Shown here in pieces: positions 27,496-38,700 of a stretch of 47,685 nt of DNA. The position numbers were made by a program, and so were the translations under genes. The notes under the pieces were generated by a model. That model made no database searches. It saw nothing but the letters and a program-made list of their open reading frames with translations, and was not told the origin of the DNA. Within the stretch, counting starts at the first letter, position 1; each line of letters starts with the position of its first letter. The stretch spans positions 1-47,685 of the forward strand of contig CAZTHV010000001.1 in assembly GCA_964613165.1 (NCBI GenBank), given 5' to 3'. This DNA comes from an uncultured Marmoricola sp. (GTDB lineage: Bacteria; Actinomycetota; Actinomycetes; Propionibacteriales; Nocardioidaceae).

Positions 27496-27840
27496 ATGGC
27501 TGAAGCAACTCACAAGGGGAACCGTCATGTGAAGGCTCGACAGGCCGCCCGCGCAGCGGCGCTCCAACTCCGGGATGACTACCGGTGGTTGATGAGCGAC
27601 GCGAGAGGCAGGCGGCTGGTGTGGCGACTGCTGGAGAGGGCCGGGATCTACCACCCGACTTTCACCGGAACGAGGCACGGCGACTTCAACGAGGGGATGA
27701 GGAACGGGGGACTGCAGTTGATCGGTGATCTACGGGATCACTGCCCCGAGCTTTTCGTCCAGATGCAGGCAGAGAACTTCACGACGTTCCAACCGAAGAC
27801 ACGAGATGACGCAACAGACAACGAATCAACCGGGGAGTGA
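27496..27840 (+). CDS. Bbp19-like protein
   Basis: D.RWLMS...GRRLVWRLLERAG, FNEGMRN.GL. Confidence 0.75.
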   Translation: MAEATHKGNRHVKARQAARAAALQLRDDYRWLMSDARGRRLVWRLLERAGIYHPTFTGTRHGDFNEGMRNGGLQLIGDLRDHCPELFVQMQAENFTTFQPKTRDDATDNESTGE

Positions 27841-28441
27841 ACCCGCTTCCCCGGCTCCGGCACCGGCTCCCGCCGATCCCGGAACAGCAGCCGCTCCTGC
27901 CGCTGCGGGCCCCGCGCCCGCGCCGGCTGCGCCCGCCCCGGCCCAAGCGCCGGCCGCGGCGCCCGCTGCTGGTGACGCAGGCACCGCTCCGGCCGAATAC
28001 GCCGCGTTCACGGTGGCTGAAGGGAAGACGGTCGACAAGGCCGTGTCGGACAGGGTCGTCGCGACTGCGAAAGAGCTGGGCCTGCCCCAGGACAAAGCGC
28101 AGAAGCTGTACGAGCAGAGCGTCGCCGATCAGGCGAAGCAGACGTCCGACATCGCTGCTGCGATCGAGAGCTGGAAGACCGCGACGAACGCTGATCCCGA
28201 GATCGGTGGCGCGCTCGCCGAGACCGCCAAGGTCGAGATGGGCGTCGCGCTGACGAAGGTCGGCAACGACAAGCTGGTCGGGCTCCTGAAGGCCACAGGC
28301 CTGGAGAACCACCCGGAAGTCGTTCGCATGTTCGTGAAGGTCGGAAAGCTGTTCAAGCAGGACGTCGCCGCTGCGACGCCGAACGCAGGGCCCGCGTCAG
28401 CCAGGAAGGCTGCGCACGAGGTCATGTACGACGGCAAGTAA
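27806..28441 (+). CDS. capsid scaffolding protein
   Basis: AP-rich N-terminus, ELGLPQDKAQKL, DPEIGG, GLENHPEVVRMF; precedes the capsid gene. Confidence 0.78.
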   Translation: MTQQTTNQPGSEPASPAPAPAPADPGTAAAPAAAGPAPAPAAPAPAQAPAAAPAAGDAGTAPAEYAAFTVAEGKTVDKAVSDRVVATAKELGLPQDKAQKLYEQSVADQAKQTSDIAAAIESWKTATNADPEIGGALAETAKVEMGVALTKVGNDKLVGLLKATGLENHPEVVRMFVKVGKLFKQDVAAATPNAGPASARKAAHEVMYDGK

Positions 28442-28469
28442 CCCCACACCACCGCAAGGAATTTGAACC

Positions 28470-29462
28470 ATGTCTGCACTCTCCACCATCCACCCGACCC
28501 TGATCGACTTCGTGTCGACCCTGGACCCCGATCACAAGGTCGCCAAGATCGTCGAGATCCTCGACGAGACGAACGAGGTGATCCAGGACTTCGTGACCAT
28601 CGAGGCCAACCAGCCCGCGAGCCACAAGACCTCGGTCCGCACCGGTATCCCCGAGCCGACCTGGCGCAAGCTGTACGGCGGCGTCCAGCCCACGAAGGGC
28701 GGCTACGCGCAAGTCACCGACAACATCGGCATGATGGAAGCGTATGCGGAAGTTGACAAGGCGCTCGCCGACCTCAACGGCAACACCGCTGCGTTCCGTC
28801 TGGTCGAGGACCACGGCCACGTCGAAGGCATGTCCCAGGAGTTCGCCTCGACGCTGTTCTACGGCAACGAAGGCACGGAGCCGGAGGCCTTCACCGGCCT
28901 GGCCCCGCGATTCAACTCGACCACGGCCGACAACGGCGACAACGTGATCAAGGCCGGCGGCAACTCGACCGACAACCAGTCCATCTGGCTGGTCGGCTGG
29001 GGTGCCAACAGCGTCCACGGGATCTACCCGAAAGGCTCGCAGGGCGGCATCCAGATGCAGGACAAGGGTCAGGTCACGATCGAGAGCATCGACGGTGCTG
29101 GCGGCCGGATGGAAGCGTACCGCTCCCACTACCGCTGGGACGCCGGTCTGTCGGTTCGCGACTGGCGCTACGTCGTCCGGATCTGCAACATCACGGACAC
29201 GATGGTCGCAAGCGGCTCGGCGGCGAAGGCGCTGATCGAGTTCATGATCCAGGCAGTCGAGCGGATCCCCAACGCCGGCACCGGCCGCCTCGGGTTCTAC
29301 ATGACGCGCAAGGCCCGCACCGCGCTTCGCCTGGGCATCCTCGACAAAGTGTCGAGCCAGCTCACGTTCGAGACGGTGGCCGGCAAGCGGGTCACGATGT
29401 TCGACGGGATCCCTGTTCGTCGGGTCGACGCTCTGCACAACGCGGAAGACCTGGTCTCGTAA
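28470..29462 (+). CDS. major capsid protein (Bbp17-like HK97 fold)
   Basis: PTLID, RTGIPEPTWRKLYGGV, EVDKALADLNGN, FYGN..PEAFTGLAPRF, FDGIPVRRVDAL. Confidence 0.92.
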   Translation: MSALSTIHPTLIDFVSTLDPDHKVAKIVEILDETNEVIQDFVTIEANQPASHKTSVRTGIPEPTWRKLYGGVQPTKGGYAQVTDNIGMMEAYAEVDKALADLNGNTAAFRLVEDHGHVEGMSQEFASTLFYGNEGTEPEAFTGLAPRFNSTTADNGDNVIKAGGNSTDNQSIWLVGWGANSVHGIYPKGSQGGIQMQDKGQVTIESIDGAGGRMEAYRSHYRWDAGLSVRDWRYVVRICNITDTMVASGSAAKALIEFMIQAVERIPNAGTGRLGFYMTRKARTALRLGILDKVSSQLTFETVAGKRVTMFDGIPVRRVDALHNAEDLVS

Positions 29463-29522
29463 TCGCGACTCGGGCGGTAGCGCATGCTACCGCTCGGCCT
29501 GACACTGAAAAGGAAAACCACC

Positions 29523-29987
29523 ATGTTGATTGACTCCCGTTCCGAACTCTGCGACAACGTCGCAGCCAACACCGGCGCCGCCAACAGCTACCTGATCGGT
29601 AGCCAGATCGACCTCGGCCCGACCCCGGTGCTGAAGGATCCCAACGACAACGGCCAGCTTTACCTGGTCGGCCGCGTTACCGTGCCGTTCACTTCGGCCG
29701 ATAACACGGCCACCGTCGCGTTCGCGCTCCGGTCGGATGAATCTGCTGCGGTTCACGTCTCCAGTTCGACGCCGCACATCCTGACGCCGGCCACGATCGT
29801 GACCGCGCTGACCGAGGGCAAGGAGATCGTGCGCGCTGCGCTGCCCCGCGGCCGGACCTACGAGCGGTTCCTGGGCATCGTCCAGACGACCGCCGTGCAG
29901 GCCGTGTCCACAGGCAAGGTCGACTTCTTCATCACCACCGACCCGGGCAAGTACGAAGCCTATCCGGAAGCTCCGGGGATCATCTGA
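29523..29987 (+). CDS. Bbp16-like capsid cement/decoration protein
   Basis: MLID...IDLG...LP...YERFLG; follows the capsid gene; AGGA RBS. Confidence 0.72.
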   Translation: MLIDSRSELCDNVAANTGAANSYLIGSQIDLGPTPVLKDPNDNGQLYLVGRVTVPFTSADNTATVAFALRSDESAAVHVSSSTPHILTPATIVTALTEGKEIVRAALPRGRTYERFLGIVQTTAVQAVSTGKVDFFITTDPGKYEAYPEAPGII

Positions 29988-30238
29988 TGAAGCAGATCGC
30001 GCTGACGAAGGCGTTCTACAACGGGTCGCGGGTGCGGCCCGGCCAAGAGGTCGAAGTCCCGGAAGGGTACAAGGCCGCCTGGTGTGCCCCCCGAGCCGAG
30101 GCCGAGAAGATCGCGGCCGAGGCCAAGGCTGCGAAGAAAGCAGCCGCCCCGAAGGTCGACAAGTCCGCCGAGGCCGCGAAGGCCCAGGCGGCTGCTCGCG
30201 GGCCGCAAGCCGTGTCGAGCATTGCCGACCTGGGGTGA
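29987..30238 (+). CDS. hypothetical protein
   Basis: Coupled 83-aa ORF. Confidence 0.6.
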   Translation: MKQIALTKAFYNGSRVRPGQEVEVPEGYKAAWCAPRAEAEKIAAEAKAAKKAAAPKVDKSAEAAKAQAAARGPQAVSSIADLG

Positions 30239-30245
30239 GAAGCGA

Positions 30246-30272
30246 ACCAGCCTGGAAGCCGGGCTGGTCTTT
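30246..30272 (+). terminator. probable terminator ending the head operon
   Basis: ACCAGCCTGG-AAG-CCGGGCTGGT-CTTT. Confidence 0.55.
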
Positions 30273-30379
30273 AGGGTCGGGGGCCACGGACAGCTAGTCG
30301 GAACCGAGCCCGGCCCGCGTAGTACCCCGCGCCGTGTCTCCTTCTTGGGGCCGGCGCGGGCCCTGATATCGAGGCTCGT

Positions 30380-31051
30380 GTGGCATCTGCGGTCGACATC
30401 GTGAACCTGGCGCTCTCCCATCTTGGCGACTCTGCCAAGGTGTCGAGCATCGCGCCTCCCGATGCGTCGATCCAGGCACACCACGCGAGCCGGTTCTATC
30501 CGATCGCGCTCCGGTTCGCCCTCGCGCGGCACGCGTGGCAGTTCGCCACCGAGCGCAAGGCGCTCGCCGAGATCACTGTCAACCCGGACCTGTATGGCCG
30601 CTGGGCCCACGCCTACGCGCTGCCGCCCGGTTGCCTGCGCGTGATCGGACTCGTGTCCCCGCTCGGGCTCGACGTGCTCCAGGGCCAGCTCACGTTCACG
30701 ATCGAGACCGGCCCGGCCGGCCAGCGGATCCTGCTGACCGACATGCCGCCCGACGCCACGATCCTGAAGTACGTCGGGTTCACCGAGGACACCGGCCGGT
30801 TCCCGCCCGCGTTCGTGCTCTATCTGTCGTACGAGCTGGCGGCCTTGCTCGCGGGCCCGGTCCGCAAGAACGAGCGCGCGGCCGACGCGATGCGCGTGAA
30901 GGCCCGCGAGTTCCTCATCGCCGCCGCGGGCCAGGACTCCAACGACCAGAACGCGGACGCGGACAAGCGTCGCAAGTACACGCCGGCCCACATCCTCGCG
31001 CGGGGGGTCAACGCGCCGTTCCTCGAAGACGCCTGGGTGGACCGCTCGTGA
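30380..31051 (+). CDS. tail tubular protein A / adaptor
   Basis: MASAVDIVNLALSHLG, H.WQFA..R..LA, YALPPGCLRV. Confidence 0.8.
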   Translation: MASAVDIVNLALSHLGDSAKVSSIAPPDASIQAHHASRFYPIALRFALARHAWQFATERKALAEITVNPDLYGRWAHAYALPPGCLRVIGLVSPLGLDVLQGQLTFTIETGPAGQRILLTDMPPDATILKYVGFTEDTGRFPPAFVLYLSYELAALLAGPVRKNERAADAMRVKAREFLIAAAGQDSNDQNADADKRRKYTPAHILARGVNAPFLEDAWVDRS

Positions 31052-33402
31052 AGACCCTGCAGCGTTCGTTCGCCCTCGGCGAGATCGCGCCCGAGATGGC
31101 GGGCCTGGCCGGCACCACCGAGTACCAGACTGCGCTCGCCGAGTGCAACAACTTCATCACCCTCCCGCACGGGCCCGCGATGTTCCGGCCCGGCCTGTCG
31201 TTCCACCAGATGTCGCAGCAGAAGACGGCGGTCGGCTCGCGGCTGATCCCGTTCATCTTCAGCGACACCGACGCGTTCGTGCTCGAAGTGAACGTCGACT
31301 TCATCCGATTCCACGCGGCCGGCGGCACCGAGTACAAGGCGGCTGCGGAGACGGGCGTGATGGACGGGTACGAGCTGGCACCGGACGGCGTGTCGCCGGA
31401 CCTGGCCGCGAACAACCTGATCTACGTCTCGGCCGGGCCGGACTGCATGGTCGGCCAGTGGTTCTTCCTGCAGACGGGGACCGGTGGCAACTGGTCGTTG
31501 CGCGGCGGGACCGAGGGCACGACGTTCAACGCTGACTGGGAGATCGCGAACACGGTGGACGGCGCGCCGGTCACGTACCACCACGCGGTGCAGCTCACGA
31601 GCCCGTGGGGCGGCGCCGACCTGGAGACCTTGCACTGGACCCAGTCGTATGACGTGCTCACGGTATGTTGTCCTGCCGTCGCGGCGCAGACGATCAAGCG
31701 GTCCGGCGGCACCTGGTCGATCGCGCCGGTCGACTTGAACGAGCAAACGGCAAGGGCCGCACTGTTTTCGGTTAGCGTCAACTCGGTAACCACCACCACG
31801 GTGGGCACAGCGCCGGTCTATCAGCAGTACATGCTCACCCGGGTTCAGTCGGTCAACGGCGTCCGGGTCGAGGAGTTTGCCTCGTATGTAGGGGCGACCT
31901 TCGATCCATCTGACGGTGCGGCGCAGTTCAACTTCACGGCGAGCGGTGCCGGTATCAACAACGATTCGGCCATCGGGATATACGCTAGGCTCCCATCGAA
32001 CGAATGGGCCTGGCTCGCGGACGCGGGAAGTTTGCCGAGCGGAACTCCCACGGACCGCTCGCTCCTATCGTACATGCGTAGTCAGACCGGGCGCACGCCG
32101 GAGAACCTGTCTTACCCAATGACCGGGTTCAAGTTCCGCGCGGTCGGCTACCACGAGCAACGCAAGTGGTTCGGGGGCGCGGCCTCTATCCCGCAGACAA
32201 TCTACGGCCTTCGGACCGGGAGCGAGACTTCCGCCGCGTACACGCGCCCGTCGGCCCCGGACGACGCCGCATCGTTCAACCTCGCCACGCTGAAGATGAA
32301 CCAGATCGAGCACATCGTTTCGCTGTCCGATCTGCTCGTGCTCACCCGTTCGGCGGTGTTCCGGCTCACTGGCGGCGAGCAGGCCATCTCGCCGACAAAC
32401 GTGTCAGTCCAGGCCCGCAGCTACGTCGGCGCTAGTCCCTGTCAGCCGGCGGTTGTCGACGATGCGGTTCTTTATTCCGCCGAGCGCGGGGCACACGTTC
32501 ACGAGATCCGGTACAGCTACGAGCAAGGCGGCCACGTCGTCAACGACCTCTGCAAGCTCGCGCCGCATCTGATCGACGGCGAGCGGATCGTCAGCATGGC
32601 GATCCAGGAATCCCCGTACCGCATCCTGTGGGTGGTCACGGCGAACGGCGGGCTGCGCTCGCTGACCTACCACCCGAAGTCGAACGCCATCGCCTGGCAC
32701 AAGCACGATGTCGAGGGCTGCTTGTTCAAGTCGGTCGCGGTCATCCCGAACGGCGTCGAGGACAAGGTGTTCTTCTCGGTCCGTCGGTGGGAGCCGGGCA
32801 CGAGCTTCGGCCACAGCCGGTTTCAGATCGAGACAATGGACCAGATCCTCGACCGCTACTTCGGTGATGACCGCGTGAAGGCGGTCCGCCTTGACGGCGC
32901 GATGAAGTACGACGGGTTCGGCAATGACGTGTCGACGGTCTACAACCTCTGGCAGCTCGAAGGCGAGGAAGTCTCCGTCGTCGTGGACGGTGGATTGCAG
33001 ACGCCGAAGACGGTCGAGAACGGCCGCATCGACCTCGACATGCCCGGCAGCTACGTCATCGTCGGCAAGCCGTACCAGGGCACGATCCGGACGTTGCCTA
33101 TTTTGGTGGAGGTTAGAGGCGTCGGTGCCTACGGACTTGGGCATCGCAAGAACGTGAACGAGGTTCTGCTCCGCGTCCACCGGTCCGCCGGCTTCTTCGT
33201 CGGGCCGAACGCGGACGACCTGGTCGAGGCCGTGCCCCGGTTCGACGAGCTGATGGGAGAGCCGCCCGAGCTGCGGACCGAGGACGTGTCTGTCCCGGTC
33301 TCGCCGGCCTGGACCGACGAGACGACGGTCACTGTCGCGGTGGTCGATCCGTTCCCGTTCAAGGTGCTGTCGATGGCCTTTGATCTGGAGGTCTCGCAAT
33401 GA
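31048..33402 (+). CDS. tail tubular protein B / nozzle
   Basis: QRSFALGEIAP, NFITLPHGP...RPG, RLIPFIFS, HEQRKWFGG, AWHKH. Confidence 0.85.
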   Translation: MKTLQRSFALGEIAPEMAGLAGTTEYQTALAECNNFITLPHGPAMFRPGLSFHQMSQQKTAVGSRLIPFIFSDTDAFVLEVNVDFIRFHAAGGTEYKAAAETGVMDGYELAPDGVSPDLAANNLIYVSAGPDCMVGQWFFLQTGTGGNWSLRGGTEGTTFNADWEIANTVDGAPVTYHHAVQLTSPWGGADLETLHWTQSYDVLTVCCPAVAAQTIKRSGGTWSIAPVDLNEQTARAALFSVSVNSVTTTTVGTAPVYQQYMLTRVQSVNGVRVEEFASYVGATFDPSDGAAQFNFTASGAGINNDSAIGIYARLPSNEWAWLADAGSLPSGTPTDRSLLSYMRSQTGRTPENLSYPMTGFKFRAVGYHEQRKWFGGAASIPQTIYGLRTGSETSAAYTRPSAPDDAASFNLATLKMNQIEHIVSLSDLLVLTRSAVFRLTGGEQAISPTNVSVQARSYVGASPCQPAVVDDAVLYSAERGAHVHEIRYSYEQGGHVVNDLCKLAPHLIDGERIVSMAIQESPYRILWVVTANGGLRSLTYHPKSNAIAWHKHDVEGCLFKSVAVIPNGVEDKVFFSVRRWEPGTSFGHSRFQIETMDQILDRYFGDDRVKAVRLDGAMKYDGFGNDVSTVYNLWQLEGEEVSVVVDGGLQTPKTVENGRIDLDMPGSYVIVGKPYQGTIRTLPILVEVRGVGAYGLGHRKNVNEVLLRVHRSAGFFVGPNADDLVEAVPRFDELMGEPPELRTEDVSVPVSPAWTDETTVTVAVVDPFPFKVLSMAFDLEVSQ

Positions 33403-33923
33403 GCTGGGTAAACTTCATCGTCGAGGGCGCGGGCGCCTACATCGACGCGCAGAACGCACGGGACAAGGCGAAGCTCCAGGAGCGGTCGGCCGCGTCGCAG
33501 AAGATCGCGAACGAGGCCCAGGCCCAGCTCGCGGACAACAATGCGCAGCTCGCCAACTGGCAGGCCGCCGACGCGCTGTACCGGGCCGGCATGTCGGTCC
33601 GCAACTCGCGCACGAACACGCGCCTGCTCAAGGGCGCGCAGCGCACGGCGTTCGCGAAGAGCGGTGTCGCGCTCGACTCCGGCAGCGTCGCGAACATCCT
33701 GACCGACACCGACGTGCTCGGCGAAGAGGACGCGCAGACGAAGGCGTTCAACGGCGAGCGCGAGGCCTGGGCTCTGCGCATGCAAGCACTTGATAGCCGC
33801 AACCGGGCGGCGATCCTGCGCGCAAGCGACGTGCCGGTCGCCTCGGACCCTGACCGCGCGTTCGTGTCGAGCATCGTGTCGAGCGCGGCCCGGTCGTACG
33901 CCGAAGAGCAGCGGAGGAAATAA
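33399..33923 (+). CDS. internal virion (ejection) protein, small
   Basis: Ala/Gln helical, GAQRTAFAKSGV.LDSGS; genomic position. Confidence 0.7.
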   Translation: MSWVNFIVEGAGAYIDAQNARDKAKLQERSAASQKIANEAQAQLADNNAQLANWQAADALYRAGMSVRNSRTNTRLLKGAQRTAFAKSGVALDSGSVANILTDTDVLGEEDAQTKAFNGEREAWALRMQALDSRNRAAILRASDVPVASDPDRAFVSSIVSSAARSYAEEQRRK

Positions 33924-35734
33924 TGGCACGCGTGCCGACCTACACCACGCAGCGCGAGCTGCCCTCGGGCCCGAACGCGCTGCCGTCGACCCGGATGACC
34001 GCGGCCGTGACCGCCGGCAGCCTGAACGCGCAGCAGTACGTCCCGAACGAGGACGCGAACCGCAACCTGTCGAACGCGACCAAGTCGCTCTCGGACGCGA
34101 TCTCGACGATTGATCTTCGCCGGGATCAGGCCCAGGTCATGGTCGTCGAGTCGGAGATCAAGAAGGCGTTCGCCCAGAAGCAGCTTGAGTGGAAGCAGAA
34201 GACCGGCGTGAACGCGTTCGGCGTGACCGGCGAAGCGACGAAGTGGATGGACGAGCAGCGGGTCGCGTACGAAGGCAAGCTCGCCAACCCCCGCCAGCAG
34301 ACGGCCTTCTCGAAAATCTACGACAGCCTGCGCCTGCAGTCCGAGATTTCGGTCAGCGAGCACGAGGCTGTCGAGAACCGGAAGGCCACGGTCGAGGCCG
34401 CGAAGTCGACGATCCAGGTGTCGGCCGAGCTGGCCGCGCAGAACCCCACGAGCAAGGAAGCGCTCCTCGGCGCCCGGCAGGATGTGATCGAGCGGACGGC
34501 GCTGATCGCGCGCACGACCGGGCTCGACAAGGCGAGCCATGCGGCGTTGGAGCTGACCCACCTGTCGAAGCTGCACGACGGCGTCGTGTCCGCGCTGATC
34601 AGCAGCAAGAACACGAAAGCGGCCCACGCCTATTACGACGAGGCGGTCGGCAACCACGAGCTGAATGAGAGCACGAAGACTCGACTCGCCAAGGTGTTCG
34701 AGGCATCGGACAAGGCCGAGAAGGCGCAGTCGTTCGCCGATCAGGTGATCGACGTCGAGGAGCTGTCGGAGTCGGAGGCGATCAAGAAGGCGCAGTCCGA
34801 GCTGTCGGGCGAGGAAGAGAAGGACGCTATCGCCGAGATCACCTCCCGGTTCGCGCGCCAGCGCACCGCGCAGCAGCGCGAGCAGGCGACGGCCGACGAG
34901 GAAGGCTGGAGCCAGTTCAACGAAACCGGTCTGTTCAGTGCGATCGACCCGGCCGTTGTCGCCCGGATGGATCCGAAGACAGTCGCGGCGATCAAGGACA
35001 AGCAGCGGGCCCGGGCCCAGTCGGACGAGACGCTGGCCTACACCCGGGAGCAGCGGGCGAACGCGAAGGACAATCGCCAGTACACGCTGGCCGAGCGGGA
35101 CCGGGTCGCGAAAGAACGCGAGCTGAATCAGCAAGGCGGCCTCCTGGCGGCCGACGTCCTGGACAAGGCGGTCGACGACCCGGCCTGGTTCGCGAGCGTC
35201 GACCTCCGCAAGGACGAAAAGAATTTCACCCCGGCGCAGTACGCGATGATGACGTCCCATCAGCGCCAGGTCCGGGCCGAGCTGAAGAAGGCCGGTGCCG
35301 GCGCGGACCTATCGAAGCTCGACATCACCACGGCCGCGCAGGACGTGAAGGTGGCAGCGGACAAGATGAAACTCGACAAGGCCGAGCGCGCCAACTGGCA
35401 GCTCGCCGCGAACGACGCGCTAAACCGCGAGGCCCTGTCGAAAGGTCGGAAGCTGACGCAGGCCGAGCGTCAGGTAGTGCTCGACCGGCTCTCTGTCGAG
35501 ACCGTTACCGACGTCGGCTATATCTACAACTCGACGTCCAAGGCCTACCAGGTCACGCCCGAGCAGGCCGGTAAGGCCGCGCGCCAGATGGGCGTTCCTG
35601 ACACCGAGGTCCAGAAGATCACGCAGGCCTTGCAGCGCCGGAACATCCCGGTGACCAGCGAGGCAATCGCGAAGCTCTACGCTGCCAGGCCGAAGACTCC
35701 ACCGAACCCCCTGATCCAGGACATCCCCCGATGA
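33923..35734 (+). CDS. internal virion (ejection) protein, medium
   Basis: MARVPTY start, all-helical; genomic position. Confidence 0.65.
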   Translation: MARVPTYTTQRELPSGPNALPSTRMTAAVTAGSLNAQQYVPNEDANRNLSNATKSLSDAISTIDLRRDQAQVMVVESEIKKAFAQKQLEWKQKTGVNAFGVTGEATKWMDEQRVAYEGKLANPRQQTAFSKIYDSLRLQSEISVSEHEAVENRKATVEAAKSTIQVSAELAAQNPTSKEALLGARQDVIERTALIARTTGLDKASHAALELTHLSKLHDGVVSALISSKNTKAAHAYYDEAVGNHELNESTKTRLAKVFEASDKAEKAQSFADQVIDVEELSESEAIKKAQSELSGEEEKDAIAEITSRFARQRTAQQREQATADEEGWSQFNETGLFSAIDPAVVARMDPKTVAAIKDKQRARAQSDETLAYTREQRANAKDNRQYTLAERDRVAKERELNQQGGLLAADVLDKAVDDPAWFASVDLRKDEKNFTPAQYAMMTSHQRQVRAELKKAGAGADLSKLDITTAAQDVKVAADKMKLDKAERANWQLAANDALNREALSKGRKLTQAERQVVLDRLSVETVTDVGYIYNSTSKAYQVTPEQAGKAARQMGVPDTEVQKITQALQRRNIPVTSEAIAKLYAARPKTPPNPLIQDIPR

Positions 35735-38700
35735 ACGAGTACGACGACCTCCTGAACCAGCAGGCCGAGGAAGACAAGCGGCGCGCGGAGAATGCGCAGG
35801 CCGTGGCCCCCTCGATCGTGCCTGCCGAGACTCCGGACGTCAACGAGTACGATGCGGTCCTTGACCAGGAGGAGCAGGCCGACAGCCGCGTCCGCGCCTC
35901 GGTCGGCGTCGGGGCGCAGATCGACCCGGACCGCGCCGCCCGCATCGGCCAGCTCGCCGACCGGTACGGTGTGCCGTTCGATGTCGCCGATCGCAACCAG
36001 GAACAGCTCGAACGGGCCTATCTCGTGAAGTCGGCGGCCGACGCCGCCGCCGGCCACCCCGCGACGCAGCGCGCCCTGGCCGACGTCCGCGTCGCGCGGG
36101 TTGCGCAGGACGACGTGCCGCAGCTCACCGCGGTCGAGGAGGTGCTGGCGTTCGGCAAGCGCGCGGCCGGCGCCGTCGTCGCGGCCGTGCCGAAGGCGAA
36201 CGAAGGCCTATGGGGCGTCGCGCAGGCCGGCGCCGAGACTGCCGGCGAGTTCCTGCCCGACAGCCTGGCCGGCCCGGCCCAGCGCGCCGCGGCCGAGTTC
36301 GCGAAGTTCCGCGGTCAGCAGGCCCAGGTAGCGAAGGATCTCCAGGGCGACATGACCGGCGTCGGCAGCGGCCAACAGGCGGTGCTCGGCGGCATCACGA
36401 GCGCGGGCCAGTCGCTCCTCATGCTGCCGGCGGCAATCGCCACGCGCAACCCGAACCTGGTCCTGGCCCCGCTGTCGGCGATCCAGGGCGGCCGGTCATA
36501 CGGCGAGGCCCGGGACAAAGGGCGCAGCGTGTCCCAGTCGCTCGTCTACGGCACGAGCCAGGCCCTGATAGAGGCCGCCACGGAGAAGCTCCCGGTCGGC
36601 CGTTTGGTCGAGGATCTCGCGAAGCACACCGGGGTAGTCAAGATGCTGTCCGGCCAGATGCTGTCCGAGATCCCTGGCGAGCAGGTTGCGACCTTGCTCC
36701 AGGATCTGAACGAGTGGGCGGTCATCAATCCGGAGAAGACCTTCGGCGACTACCTTTCGGAGCGGCCGAGCGCCGCGCTGAATACCCTGATCAGCACGGT
36801 CGTCGCGACCGGCGCGGTGACCGGCACGACCCGCGGCATCCAGGCCGTCGGTGACGCGGTCGACGCGCAGGCCCGGCAGAAGGCCGAAGGCGAGCGTGCG
36901 AAGGCTGTCAAGGAATACGTCTCGGAGCTGGTCAAGACCTCGGCCGCGTCGCAGACGCGCGAGCGTGATCCGGCTGCGTTCCGCGGGTTCGTCGAGGACG
37001 CGGTCGAGGGCGGGATCGAGACCGTCTTCATCGACGGCGCGGTGATGACCGAGGTGTTGAACCAGGGCGGCGCCGAGGCGCAGGCGATCCTGCAGAGCGT
37101 GCCCGAGCTGGCCGAGCAGATGGAGAATGCCGCGTTCGGCACCGACGTCGAGATCCAGGTCGCCGACCTCGCGACATACTTCGCCGGTACCGGCATCGCC
37201 GACCTCCTGGTCGATCACGTCCGGGTCGACCCGGCCTCGCCGAGCGCGGCCGAGATCACTGTCGCGCTTCAGCAGAAAGCCGCGCAGATCGAGCAGGCGA
37301 ACCAGACCAGCGTCGAGATGCAGCCCGAGGAGCAGCAGGAGGTCTGGAAGAAGGCCCAGGACACGGTCGCTGCGTCGGTCCTCGCGGACCTCACCGCGGC
37401 TCGGCCGGACATGCCGCGCGACCAGGCGAAGGTCCAGGCCGCGATGGCCGCGAACGTATTCAGCGTCCTGGCATCGGACATCGGCACGACCCCTGACGTC
37501 GTCTACAACGACCTCTACACCCTGCGCGTGCAGAACGGGCAGTCGGCCTCGAACCGGCTGCTCGATATGCGGGCCGACCTGAAGGCCGCCGAGGGCCGCG
37601 GCGACGCGGTAGCCGCCCGCCGGATCCGGCTCCAGATGGACAGCATCTGGCCCCAGGTCAAGACCGAGCAGGAGAAGCTGAAGGCCGGCCGCGCTGCGGC
37701 TGACCAGCGCGCAGCGTCGCAGTCGGACACGATCCCGACGCTGGGTCCGGACGGCCTGCCGCTCGTGCCTGTATCGCCCGAGTCACCGGTTGCGGGTGAA
37801 GCTGGCGGCGCTGCATCGCCGGAGGCGCAGCCTGCTAACGCCGTGCGCCCGGTCGATCAGTTCGAGCCGGAGACCGCGCTGGTGGAGCCGGTCGAGACGG
37901 ACAGCTCTGCCGGAGGCTTGAACCAGGCGCTCGGCGCCCGGTTCCCCACCTCGAAGGCGAAGGACGCAGTGCCCGGTGTCGACATGCCGGACCCTCTCCT
38001 GGATACCGACGGCATTACGCTCGATCACATGCGCGAGTCGCCGGAGACTTTCCGCAAGAACGCGGAGCGGCTGGCCGGCTACTCGGGAATGCCCCCGCAC
38101 GAGGGCGTGACCGATCCGGAGGATCTCGCTGAACTCATCCTTGAGCACCTGACGGACAACCTGCTCTGGATCTATGACAGCATCCCCGAGCACATCCGCG
38201 AGCGGAGCAAGCTCTGGTACGTCGGTGCGAACCGGATCGCGAACCAGATGGCCGATCGCTACGGCGTGGAGATGCGCCAGGTCGCAGCCGCTCTCGCCGC
38301 ACTGTCGCCGCAGAAGGACTGGTATCAGAACGTCTCGCTCGCCGAGCGTGTCGCCGACATCGTCAAGCACCACCGAGACGTGGCCTGGAACGAGAAGATG
38401 GATGCCGCCATCGCGACGCTCGTCGAGGGCGCGAGGAAAGCGCCCCCGCCGGCGGGTCGCAAGTACACGGCCGAGGACCGCGAGCGCAATGCCGAACGTA
38501 TGGCGGCGGCTCTTGAACCTCTCAAGGGTAAGACCTTCGGCCAGATCCGCGAAGGTGGCGACGCCAACCTGGCAGCGCTCTACATCCGCGTTTTCGACAA
38601 GGCGTACAACGACCCGTCTTTTCGGATCATCACGCCCGAAGGCGCGTTCGGCTCCTGGGTCACCTCGGAGAAGACCGGCAAGAACATCCGCATCGCGTGG

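Noticed and set aside
7273..27678. Long antisense ORFs (e.g. 7273-8697, 8994-11171, 23074-24624, 25840-27678)
   Set aside because: Shadow frames expected from high GC3 codon bias opposite well-supported genes; no recognisable motifs.
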